Virus record (IMG/VR): IMGVR_UViG_3300042924_001821
Span: 1 to 53,215 of that record
Strand: one strand, 5' to 3'
DNA from: a virus
Taxonomy: Duplodnaviria > Caudoviricetes
DNA: 53,215 nt
Shown: one piece after another, positions 38,635 to 46,431 of the stretch
Layout of the letters: each line of letters begins with the position of its first letter
Numbering within the stretch: the stretch's first letter is position 1
Made by a program: the position numbers and the translations under genes
The notes under the pieces: generated by a model
What the model saw: the letters and a program-made list of their open reading frames with translations, nothing else
The model's database searches: none
Told to the model about the DNA's origin: nothing

Positions 38635-39143
38635 GGAACAAGTAGTTTTGCCCCGTTTGGGTAGGTTCCGCGATAGATTTCCGTCTGTGCTTTCCTTACT
38701 ACGAATACAGATGGTTTTCCGCTATGATCCCAGTAGGAGGTTAGTGGTTCTTTCTTAAATTGGACTACTGTGACTCCCATTTTTTCTGCTATCTCTATGG
38801 CTATTGGGTCGGATTTGTAGATTTCTTTGTAGAGGACTCTCTTTATCTTATAGGCGGCTATGGTCTTTAGGCAGTCTCTACATGGCAGGAGGGTGGATAC
38901 CAGTGTCTTTCCTTCTCCGGGGTTTGTATACCTCAAAGCATTCTGCTCTGCGTGAATGACGAACTTTGATCTCTCTTCTCTTGATGACCAGTCTTCTTCT
39001 ACACCTTGTGGGAATCCGTTATACCCTACTGAGGCTATGGAGTTGTCTTCTCTGAGTATCACCGCGCCGACTTTATGCCACGGGTCTTTACTCTTCTTAG
39101 CCACTACCTCGGCTATGCTCATTGCGTATTCGTCCCAGTTCAT
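38631..39143 (-). CDS. dCMP deaminase
   Basis: SKDP..KVGAVI, GYNG, HAEQNA and PCRDC zinc motifs. Confidence 0.9.
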   Translation of the reverse strand: MNWDEYAMSIAEVVAKKSKDPWHKVGAVILREDNSIASVGYNGFPQGVEEDWSSREERSKFVIHAEQNALRYTNPGEGKTLVSTLLPCRDCLKTIAAYKIKRVLYKEIYKSDPIAIEIAEKMGVTVVQFKKEPLTSYWDHSGKPSVFVVRKAQTEIYRGTYPNGAKLLVP

Positions 39144-40267
39144 GGATAGTATCTGTTCATGGCTTCGATGTCGTTTCCTTTGGAATACCACCCGTCTCCG
39201 GTATAGACATCCATGACATCTGAGAAGTATTTCTCATACATGGGTGCTACTCGCTCCAAGGTGAAGTTCTTTCCGAATCGGTGGCAGTCGTATGGGCAGA
39301 TCCGGTCGATATTCTTGATAGCATCTACGTAATCTCCCATCGTGCGGCATCGGAATCCTGTTATTCCATGTAGGTTGTTTTCAGTGAAACTACCCCAATC
39401 AGATGTAATTGTTGGAGTGCCAGAGAGTAGGTTTTCTATTTGGACTCCACCGAATGGTTCTACATACTGACTTGGTAGGAAGGATGCTTTGGCCCTCGAC
39501 ATGAGCCTCTTTCTGGTAGAAACATCGGCGTATCCTACATAGTGAACATGGTCTGGTAACTTGTAACCTTCCTCTTTTTGGCCTGCTATGACCAGTTTAA
39601 CTCCCGCTCGGTAGGTAGCTTCAATGGCAATATCTACACCTTTTCCAGAGTATACCCTACCCAGATATAGAAAGTAATCTTCTTTCTGGTCACAGAAGTC
39701 GAAGTCTTCTTTATCGAAGTAGTTTGGGATTACCACGGCATAGTTATCTTGCTGGCAATTACCTACTGCCTGCATTCCACAGAACGCATGGTAGATTGCG
39801 TAGGATTCAAATACTTTCCACCGCGCCCAATGTCCACCAGCATACCCAATGCCCGGCTCAACTGTGATTAGGTCAGGATGCGCGTCACAGATTGGTCTTA
39901 CTCCGCTTCCCCAGAATGGGAGAATGAAGTCGTTTTTCTTCTTACGCTGCCCGATTGCCTTAATCGCATTTCGGTAGAAGGTTTGATAGGCGTGGTCATT
40001 CGTATTGAACTTGAAGAATGTCTTCCTCCAGTCATGTGATCCGTAGCTTTTGTTGAAGTCATCGTTTGTTAGAACAGGGACGTGTTCTGTGCAGATCAGG
40101 TCTGAATCTTCGTGTCCGTAGTGGATTACTTCATGGCCGCGCTGGGTCATCATCTTCCCGAACTTCACCACTTTTTGGGTATAGGCACAGGCATTAAACT
40201 CCTTGGAACTTACTGTGTGAGGCAAGCCGAGGATATGGAAGCGGAATTTATCGTTTACGATACTCAT
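39140..40267 (-). CDS. GT-B fold glycosyltransferase (GT4-like)
   Basis: LYLGRV...KG, EPFGGVQIE..LSGTP.I.SD.G motifs. Confidence 0.85.
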   Translation of the reverse strand: MSIVNDKFRFHILGLPHTVSSKEFNACAYTQKVVKFGKMMTQRGHEVIHYGHEDSDLICTEHVPVLTNDDFNKSYGSHDWRKTFFKFNTNDHAYQTFYRNAIKAIGQRKKKNDFILPFWGSGVRPICDAHPDLITVEPGIGYAGGHWARWKVFESYAIYHAFCGMQAVGNCQQDNYAVVIPNYFDKEDFDFCDQKEDYFLYLGRVYSGKGVDIAIEATYRAGVKLVIAGQKEEGYKLPDHVHYVGYADVSTRKRLMSRAKASFLPSQYVEPFGGVQIENLLSGTPTITSDWGSFTENNLHGITGFRCRTMGDYVDAIKNIDRICPYDCHRFGKNFTLERVAPMYEKYFSDVMDVYTGDGWYSKGNDIEAMNRYYP

Positions 40268-40470
40268 GGTTTTTTAAATTGAATTTCATCTAACATATCT
40301 GATGGGTCTTGATCGCCATTTGCCATAGCTTCAATCCATCTTGCGGGGTTAATGGTTGCTGTGTGCGTCCATCCTTTACCTGTTAAGGTTTCTCTGTGCG
40401 CTTCATCTGGCGTTAAGCATCTTACCTTACCTTCTTTGGCATAGATAAAAAGGAATTGCGGGATACTCAT
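40264..40470 (-). CDS. Hypothetical protein
   Basis: Coupled small ORF. Confidence 0.55.
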   Translation of the reverse strand: MSIPQFLFIYAKEGKVRCLTPDEAHRETLTGKGWTHTATINPARWIEAMANGDQDPSDMLDEIQFKKP

Positions 40471-40724
40471 AGGTTAAGCAGCATCTTTCTTGCCCATTCG
40501 GGCGTGTTATCATCTATTGTTATTGTCCAGTTACCATTAGCAGATTGGCTCATTGCTATTGGTTGAATAGGTTTTCTTTCGTAATTTCCTCGTTTGAGTT
40601 CAACGATTACTTCTTTGGTAGTGAACTTCTCTCCACAATCGCAGAGTCTTCTTCGTATTACTGAGTTGTCTTTCTTCCTACTGTCTTTGACTATTGTTTC
40701 CTTACTGCAATTCGGGCAATTCAT
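40467..40724 (-). CDS. NrdR-like zinc-ribbon protein
   Basis: MNCPNC...VKDSR...IRRRLCDCGEKFTTKE; no ATP cone. Confidence 0.75.
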   Translation of the reverse strand: MNCPNCSKETIVKDSRKKDNSVIRRRLCDCGEKFTTKEVIVELKRGNYERKPIQPIAMSQSANGNWTITIDDNTPEWARKMLLNL

Positions 40725-40885
40725 TTCTTTTCCTGACCAGTAATCGTGTATCGTTTCATTCCGCGCTTCTTGAAGAAGTCTTCACAGGCTTTGCTGATCT
40801 GTTTGGAGTTGAGTGGATACTTCCATCCTACTCGACCATCATTCAGATCAACATTGCGTTCTGTGCTTTTCCCGTTGATTTTCAT
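40721..40885 (-). CDS. Hypothetical protein (54 aa, not in ORF track)
   Basis: MKINGKSTERNVDLNDGRVGWKYPL... Confidence 0.5.
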   Translation of the reverse strand: MKINGKSTERNVDLNDGRVGWKYPLNSKQISKACEDFFKKRGMKRYTITGQEKK

Positions 40886-41122
40886 TTATTTCTTACTAAC
40901 CTTCCCGACGCATTTCCATTTTTTCCTACTTAAGTTGTTTGCTGTATTGGGATTGTTCTGCTGTTCTTTTGATAAACGTTTTTTAATCCCGTAACTTCGC
41001 GCACAATAACTTGACCCCTTCGGAGTCCCCGGACTAATCGTAGCACCTTTCTGACCATACTTCACAGTCTTAGTCCTGCCAGTCTTTGGATTCTTAACTA
41101 CTTTTGTAAATCGCTTTTCCAT
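40886..41122 (-). CDS. Small basic phage protein
   Basis: VKYGQKG...SYCARS...SRKKWKC. Confidence 0.65.
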   Translation of the reverse strand: MEKRFTKVVKNPKTGRTKTVKYGQKGATISPGTPKGSSYCARSYGIKKRLSKEQQNNPNTANNLSRKKWKCVGKVSKK

Positions 41123-41304
41123 TATGATTTTTTCTCTAAGTTTTTTTCTGAATAAATGTGTAGAATTCCACGATCATCTTCAACTACTAACCGGATAACT
41201 CCAGAGTCTTTAGTGAATACAGACCTAACTACACCATCAAATCTATAGTCACCTCCAACTTTGGACACGTTATCCCCAACTGAGAATTTAGGATTTTCCA
41301 CCAC
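41122..41304 (-). CDS. DfrB (R67 DHFR)-like SH3-fold protein
   Basis: FSVGDNVSKVGGDYRFDGVV...VVEDDRGILHIYSEKNLE aligns by eye with the R67 core [20 protein letters not shown]...VESEAHPGSVQIYPVAALE. Confidence 0.55.
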   Translation of the reverse strand: MVENPKFSVGDNVSKVGGDYRFDGVVRSVFTKDSGVIRLVVEDDRGILHIYSEKNLEKKS

Positions 41305-41410
41305 GTTTGCGCTCCATTTTCTTCATGGCTTTTGATTCTATCTTTTCGTGCATCTTCTTGTTGCAACCCTTTTTCATGCCACAACATTTTTTACCATTTT
41401 CTTTTTTCAT
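41288..41410 (-). CDS. Tiny Lys/Met-rich protein (40 aa, not in ORF track)
   Basis: MKKKMVKKCCGMKKGCNKKMHEKIESKAMKKMERKRGGKS. Confidence 0.5.
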   Translation of the reverse strand: MKKENGKKCCGMKKGCNKKMHEKIESKAMKKMERKRGGKS

Positions 41411-41553
41411 TTTTTCTTTGCAGTTTTAGCTGATTGTTTGAATGCCTTCGCAGTTGGTGCGCCTTTGCTTCCAACCTTCCGCATCTTCTCACCACTACCA
41501 GCGGCGATGCGTTTGCGTTTAGCGTTGATGTTAGCGTAGAGTCCAGTTTTCAT
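41407..41553 (-). CDS. Small basic protein (48 aa, not in ORF track)
   Basis: MKTGLYANINAKRKRIAAGSGEKMRKVGSKGAPTAKAFKQSAKTAKKK, a type seen in aquatic podoviruses. Confidence 0.7.
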   Translation of the reverse strand: MKTGLYANINAKRKRIAAGSGEKMRKVGSKGAPTAKAFKQSAKTAKKK

Positions 41554-41738
41554 TTTTTCTTTTTGGACATTCCAGCTTGTGAAAGTGCAATCGCTACTGC
41601 CTGTTTGCGGCTCTTAGCAAGTGGTGCTTTCTTTGGGCCTTTAGGGTTCACGCCAGCATGGAGAGTTCCACGCTTGTATTCGCCCATGACTTTAGCCACT
41701 TTCGCGGCCTTACCTGCTTTTGTTGTTGGTTTTTTCAT
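41550..41738 (-). CDS. DUF6496-like small basic protein
   Basis: KVAKVMGEYKRGTLH...SRKQAVAIALSQAG. Confidence 0.7.
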   Translation of the reverse strand: MKKPTTKAGKAAKVAKVMGEYKRGTLHAGVNPKGPKKAPLAKSRKQAVAIALSQAGMSKKKK

Positions 41739-42064
41739 AATGATTCCATCCCATCCCTAAGTAGTTTGAAGAACGTGTCGGCAGGAATTGTTACCTTCCA
41801 GTTCTTATTATTCTTTTTATGAGCCACTGCCCACGCAATGCCTTTAGCATCCCGCTCGGCCTGCTCGCAAGCCTTATCTAAATTCAAGTTCTGAACGTGC
41901 TTCACCTCAAAGTGGAGTTTACCTTTCAGTTCTTCGCAGATCACATCTGGTGAGTCTTGACCGCCCGCGAATTGCTGTCCACGTTTAGCAGTGAATCCTT
42001 GGGCGCGTAGTTCATCTCGCCACTGACGTTCTGCTCTTGCTCCTTTAGCTCTTGAGTTTATCAT
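41735..42064 (-). CDS. Holliday junction resolvase (PD-(D/E)xK type)
   Basis: NSRAKGARAER...SPDV...HFEVK. Confidence 0.75.
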   Translation of the reverse strand: MINSRAKGARAERQWRDELRAQGFTAKRGQQFAGGQDSPDVICEELKGKLHFEVKHVQNLNLDKACEQAERDAKGIAWAVAHKKNNKNWKVTIPADTFFKLLRDGMESL

Positions 42065-42276
42065 TCCGCGACCTCCACTTTGCCAAACAGCAAGCATCCA
42101 AGTTTTTCTGCGTTGAGAATAGCAACTTTCTCCCACGCATCGCGCTCCCTTCTCGCCTCATCGCGCTCGCGTTCCTTCTCTTGGCAATATGTCTTCATTT
42201 TCTCCGCGATGCGATACCGACTGAAATTGGAACATAACTCTTCCCATTCCGCATCCGTCTCTGGTGTATCACTCAT
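42061..42276 (-). CDS. TPETD/ERERDEAR family small protein
   Basis: MSDTPETDA...ERERDEARRERD. Confidence 0.65.
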   Translation of the reverse strand: MSDTPETDAEWEELCSNFSRYRIAEKMKTYCQEKERERDEARRERDAWEKVAILNAEKLGCLLFGKVEVAE

Positions 42277-42485
42277 TTCGCGCCCTCCTTAATGCGACGC
42301 TGAATTTCTTCGCGTATCATATCGGCACGGACGCGAGCTTCAGAACCGGAGCATCCTTGAGCGAACCGCAAAGCGTTAAAAAGGTGTTGGTCACTGTGCA
42401 GATGGTAGTAGTCGGTTTGAGTTCGTAAATCTTGCGCTCGGCCTTGATCCCGTTGATCCGTTTGTTTATTATATCCAAATCTCAT
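42273..42485 (-). CDS. Hypothetical protein flanked by identical 19-bp junction repeats
   Basis: Ends KEGAK like the upstream gene. Confidence 0.6.
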   Translation of the reverse strand: MRFGYNKQTDQRDQGRAQDLRTQTDYYHLHSDQHLFNALRFAQGCSGSEARVRADMIREEIQRRIKEGAK

Positions 42486-42847
42486 TTCGCGCCCTCCTTT
42501 ACAAAAGCCAATACATCTTCTGGATGCTTGTTTGCAAACTGCGGGTTCGTTGAAAGTAACCCAACCGCAATGCGTAGTTGCTCCCTCGCCTCGTCTCGCT
42601 CGGCTATTGCCTTGGTTTTTTCGCCAAAAAATTGGGCGGCATTCATGGATTCATTTCCCCAATGCTCTCGTGCCTCGTCGCGTTCGCGCAAAGCCTCTGC
42701 TAATTTACTACTAACTTCTTGCAGTTTAGTATTTGCTTCGCCTCGCTCGCGTTCAAGTTTGCGAGCAATGTCTACAAAATTAGGCAAGCCTGTTAAGTTG
42801 CAATACCAATCCGATATAAGTTTGTCCGTCTCTGGTGTGTCACTCAT
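42482..42847 (-). CDS. TPETD/ERERDEAR family protein
   Basis: MSDTPETD...ARKLERER...ERDEARE x2. Confidence 0.7.
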   Translation of the reverse strand: MSDTPETDKLISDWYCNLTGLPNFVDIARKLERERGEANTKLQEVSSKLAEALRERDEAREHWGNESMNAAQFFGEKTKAIAERDEAREQLRIAVGLLSTNPQFANKHPEDVLAFVKEGAK

Positions 42848-43038
42848 GGCAGCATACTATCTACATCTTGTGGTTCTGTCAATACTTTTGTTTCAGAAAA
42901 ATATTGGTTCATTATCTTGAGTCCTTCGTTGTGGTAGTTCTCTGCTATGCAATACCTTTCTTTATCTTGAGCTTCCCAGATTGCGTTTGCCGCCTCCAGA
43001 TACTTCAACGCTTTTCCGTATGCTTGGTCGATTGTCAT
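42844..43038 (-). CDS. Hypothetical protein
   Basis: Coupled to dnaB. Confidence 0.55.
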   Translation of the reverse strand: MTIDQAYGKALKYLEAANAIWEAQDKERYCIAENYHNEGLKIMNQYFSETKVLTEPQDVDSMLP

Positions 43039-44270
43039 TAGTAAACCTCCTCAAGTCTTGAGATGTCACCGCGCATGATGATTTCCGTAGAATAGTTCCT
43101 CTGACCACGGCGGTTCTTCTTGATTGTCAACCTGCTCTTGTCTCCCTTGTGTTCGATATACACAACTTGGTCAGAGTGCATCCCTATTGCCCGTGATTCG
43201 CGTAGTCTTCCTTCGTCGTTAAGCTGGGAAGCAGTCAGCATAATCGAGTTATTCTTGAGCGCAGCTACCTTTAAGCGTCTTGCTATCTCAGAAATCTGGC
43301 TTTCTCTGCCTTCTGCACCATCAAATGCGATGATTTGGAGGTAATCTACCACGATAATATCTGCCCGATTTTCCCCCGTATACCGATTTATATGGCACTC
43401 TATCTCGTCAATTTCGGCTATTCCATCCACGATTTCAAGGGGTAACTGGTGTAATTTTAACAATGCGCCACTGATTTTGGCGAGTTCGTCTTTGTTTGCG
43501 GTCTTGTAATCCTCCGGTTCTCTAATCGGATAACCAGCGATGTTGCAAGCCATGCGAGTTAGGATGTCCTTCGCTTTCATTTCGAGGCTGAAGAACAGAA
43601 CTGACTTTCCTTCCAGTAGATTTGCGAGTGCCGCTTGCACAAGATAGATTGATTTTCCTCCACCTGTCTCTGATGCTACTGTCATCATCTCGCCTTTGTG
43701 CATTCCACCTTTGAGCGCACGATCTACTTTGAGGAGTCCAGTAGGGTAAAAATCTTTTACTGCTTTTCCTTCCATCTCATCAATGATTTCGATGATGAGG
43801 TCTTTGACTGGTTTCACTTTTGATGTGCGATCCTCGGCACACTTCATTATCGTTTCCGATAATTCCTTCAGATTTGCTTTGCCTGTCCGTAGGTTTGGCT
43901 CTTCCTTCTCCATGAGGATCAGAACATCGCGGTATGCCTTCGTGCGGTGAAGATGCTTCCGGTAGTCATCTGCCATATCTTGGCAAACCTTTCCAGAAGC
44001 TACCTTCATCGTAGCGAACATTTCGTGAATCGCATCCTCGCCACCCGCTGCTTCCAACTGACCAGTTGCCTCAAGCTCTGCTATGGCAGAAAACGGGCAG
44101 CAAGAACCTGTCCGCTGGTGAACCCCTTGGAGCGCATTAAAAACGATTCTGTTGGCTGGTATGGCGAAATAATCGCTATCCCATGTTTGTTGGGAAAGGA
44201 TGTTTCTGTCGATTGCGATGAGTGACAACGCTGCCACTTCACTCTTTCGTGCTATTGGGACTTTTTTCAT
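43038..44270 (-). CDS. dnaB: DnaB-like replicative helicase
   Basis: SETGGGKS (Walker A), FSLEM, IVVDYLQ, SQLN, LRESRAI, KNRRG. Confidence 0.92.
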   Translation of the reverse strand: MKKVPIARKSEVAALSLIAIDRNILSQQTWDSDYFAIPANRIVFNALQGVHQRTGSCCPFSAIAELEATGQLEAAGGEDAIHEMFATMKVASGKVCQDMADDYRKHLHRTKAYRDVLILMEKEEPNLRTGKANLKELSETIMKCAEDRTSKVKPVKDLIIEIIDEMEGKAVKDFYPTGLLKVDRALKGGMHKGEMMTVASETGGGKSIYLVQAALANLLEGKSVLFFSLEMKAKDILTRMACNIAGYPIREPEDYKTANKDELAKISGALLKLHQLPLEIVDGIAEIDEIECHINRYTGENRADIIVVDYLQIIAFDGAEGRESQISEIARRLKVAALKNNSIMLTASQLNDEGRLRESRAIGMHSDQVVYIEHKGDKSRLTIKKNRRGQRNYSTEIIMRGDISRLEEVY

Positions 44271-44998
44271 TAGAATGAATTGTTGTTAAAGAAACCCATT
44301 TGACTCTCACTTTCTTTGTGGGCGCGAGCTTTGTCTATCTCTCCAGCCCAGTTGTTAAGGAGGGTTTCCATTGAGCGGCGAGTGTAAACGTCTTTTTCGT
44401 TTCGTTTGGAATAGAAGTTTTCGAGTAACTTCCAGTCTTCTTCACAGGTATCGAGGTTTGGTTTAGCTGCCTTAATTTCTTTTGGTGTCCAGTTTGTAGT
44501 ATCGCGTCTTCCGAGAAGTCGGTTTGCTCGTTGCTGAAAAGTTAAGAGATTAAGAGTTAATTCTCCTGTAGTATCTCTTTTATTATCTCCCTTAGTATCT
44601 ATGTTCACCTGTGGGTTGAGTCTGAGTTCACCAGCAGGTTGACTCTGATTGCACCTGTGGGTTGAGTCAGACTTCACCTGTGGGTGAACTCTGACTTCAC
44701 TTGTAGATGAAGTCCCGCTTGGCAAGACAGCAAGAATTTTCCTACTTCTGCCATCGTAAGAAATCTGTTTAATCATCTTCAATGACCTCAATTTTGAAAT
44801 CATGTTTGAGATGCTTGATTCTGTGCTGTGAAACATTCTTGCAAGATAACCATTACTTGCAAAGCATGGTTTCTCTTCAGTCCCAAGAGAACTGATTTCT
44901 GCCCACAAGCATTTCTCCATCCATGACAATGATTGAGATTCCCATATTTCTACGGGAACCCAAACTCCGCGAAAAACCCGTTCGTTCTTCTCGCTCAT
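44270..44998 (-). CDS. Phage replication initiator (N-terminal wHTH, lambda O-like organisation)
   Basis: CFASNGYLARMF...ISNMISKL wHTH; low-complexity linker encoded by iterons; directly upstream of dnaB. Confidence 0.8.
   Translation of the reverse strand: MSEKNERVFRGVWVPVEIWESQSLSWMEKCLWAEISSLGTEEKPCFASNGYLARMFHSTESSISNMISKLRSLKMIKQISYDGRSRKILAVLPSGTSSTSEVRVHPQVKSDSTHRCNQSQPAGELRLNPQVNIDTKGDNKRDTTGELTLNLLTFQQRANRLLGRRDTTNWTPKEIKAAKPNLDTCEEDWKLLENFYSKRNEKDVYTRRSMETLLNNWAGEIDKARAHKESESQMGFFNNNSF
44604..44714. repeat. Five 23-bp iterons, probable replication origin
   Basis: Units like TTCACCTGTGGGTTGAGTCTGAG start at 44604, 44627, 44650, 44673, 44696; AT-rich flank 44541-44600. Confidence 0.8.
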
Positions 44999-45309
44999 AA
45001 TTCGATGCCCTCCCCATAAACATCATTAATATAATTGATGTTGCAGAATATTTTTACTTCATCACGATTTTTTTGAGCATAAATAAGATCTCTTGCTGCC
45101 AAGCAATCTAATGCGGAGTTTATACTTTTTTTTGATACACCAAAAGAAAAGGCCAAATAGTCTTTATCATTTACACATCCGCGATCCCAATTTTCAATGT
45201 ATGCTAATAATTCTCGTTGCAGCGGAGTTAATCCATCAATGCGATATATTTTGCGTTTAATCATTATCCCGTTTTTTGCCCGTATTGGACAATCGTCATA
45301 TTTTTTCAT
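44995..45309 (-). CDS. Winged-helix DNA-binding protein
   Basis: LTPLQRELLAYI...YLAFSFGVSKKSINSALDCL. Confidence 0.65.
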   Translation of the reverse strand: MKKYDDCPIRAKNGIMIKRKIYRIDGLTPLQRELLAYIENWDRGCVNDKDYLAFSFGVSKKSINSALDCLAARDLIYAQKNRDEVKIFCNINYINDVYGEGIEL

Positions 45310-45313
45310 TTTA

Positions 45314-45461
45314 GAAAAAGGCGACCCCTTGTAGTGGCGATAGAAAGCGGCAACTGACGCATGAAGGTGGATTACCACCACAAGGGATCATATAGTTTGT
45401 TTGTTAATTTAATTTCTATCTTGAATCCGGCCTTCACCCCGGATGTGCAATTTCTCGCACA
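45314..45461 (-). ncRNA. Structured 5' leader (attenuator/antisense-like) of the replication operon
   Basis: Two 5' hairpins, a 15-bp stem plus U tract, and two pairs of mutually complementary boxes. Confidence 0.55.
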
Positions 45462-45466
45462 AGAGA

Positions 45467-45495
45467 AAACTACTATAGGTTGTGTTCGATGTCAA
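45467..45495 (-). promoter_or_regulatory. Sigma70-like promoter of the replication operon
   Basis: Minus strand TTGACA-N17-TAGTTT; palindrome copy 45505-45520 sits 9 bp upstream of -35. Confidence 0.7.
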
Positions 45496-45511
45496 GCATC
45501 TTTTTTATCGG

Positions 45512-45889
45512 TTACGATAACCAGTCCATTTCAACCTGCTCAACTTCACCCTTCGACCACTCATACATTTTGTCGTTGAGTAAGTCCCAGATTTGACTGG
45601 CATCTTCTTCTGTCTCGCACTGGAAGATGGAGCGGCGTTCACCGATACCTTCGTTTGTTATGATAATATCTGCCTTGATGACAGTATTACTGTTATTGCC
45701 AGTTGCCGCAAGAATAGCTGTGTTGTTAGCTCTCAGTGCCATGACGAGAATGCCGTCATCATTTTCGTAGGTAGCCATGAACGGGGTCTCCAGCGCGGCG
45801 GCTAAAGACATATTCGTAACCATGACAGTTTGCCTTACTCCAGCAAGTAATTTTTCTGCGTTGTCTTTGATTTTGTTAGTGTTATCCAT
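45512..45889 (-). CDS. Acidic hypothetical protein
   Basis: Start MDNTNK just downstream of a promoter. Confidence 0.65.
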   Translation of the reverse strand: MDNTNKIKDNAEKLLAGVRQTVMVTNMSLAAALETPFMATYENDDGILVMALRANNTAILAATGNNSNTVIKADIIITNEGIGERRSIFQCETEEDASQIWDLLNDKMYEWSKGEVEQVEMDWLS

Positions 45890-45897
45890 AAGCAACC

Positions 45898-45943
45898 ATA
45901 GTAACAAAAAAGTATTGACTTGTCAATAGTTCTGGTTTATTTT
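45898..45943. promoter_or_regulatory. Overlapping divergent sigma70 promoters
   Basis: Plus TTGACT(45915)-N17-TATTTT; minus TTGACA(45926)-N17-TACTAT. Confidence 0.7.
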
Positions 45944-45952
45944 TTCTCTGAA

Positions 45953-46309
45953 ATGAAACATCCATTAGAAACTGCTTATGAAACTTGCATGAGTGCCTAC
46001 GAGCAATCACGCACAGTTCGTTCTCTTGGACGCAAGACTTTCGCTAACCAACTCCGCGAGACACGGCGAGCATTGAAATTGACTGTCCGTGAACTTGGTG
46101 ACAAGATCGGCGTTACTGGATCACTCATCAACCAGATCGAAGTAAACTCCAAAAGCATTTTAAAAAAAGAACAAGTAGATAAGGTCATCGAATTATGCAC
46201 GTCTTCATCGAAGCCGAAGAGGGCTTATACGTTCTCAAAGTCAGTCCATACGCAGCAGGAAGACCAACCCCCATGCACGAACGAGGAAAACCTTTCCCCG
46301 TCAAATTAG
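45953..46309 (+). CDS. XRE-family HTH regulator
   Basis: LRETRRALKLTVRELGDKIGVTGSLINQIE. Confidence 0.85.
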   Translation: MKHPLETAYETCMSAYEQSRTVRSLGRKTFANQLRETRRALKLTVRELGDKIGVTGSLINQIEVNSKSILKKEQVDKVIELCTSSSKPKRAYTFSKSVHTQQEDQPPCTNEENLSPSN

Positions 46310-46431
46310 AATACGACAATCCGATTGACGCTGCTAAAGGCTTAAAAGAGCTAACTGAATACTTTCGATGCTACGAAGAAAAACGCCACTTAAAGCCAAA
46401 ACGGGGTTCAAAAAACGAGGTGGCAAGTTAA
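46195..46431 (+). CDS. Hypothetical protein
   Basis: 78 aa ORF overlapping both neighbours. Confidence 0.5.
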   Translation: MHVFIEAEEGLYVLKVSPYAAGRPTPMHERGKPFPVKLEYDNPIDAAKGLKELTEYFRCYEEKRHLKPKRGSKNEVAS

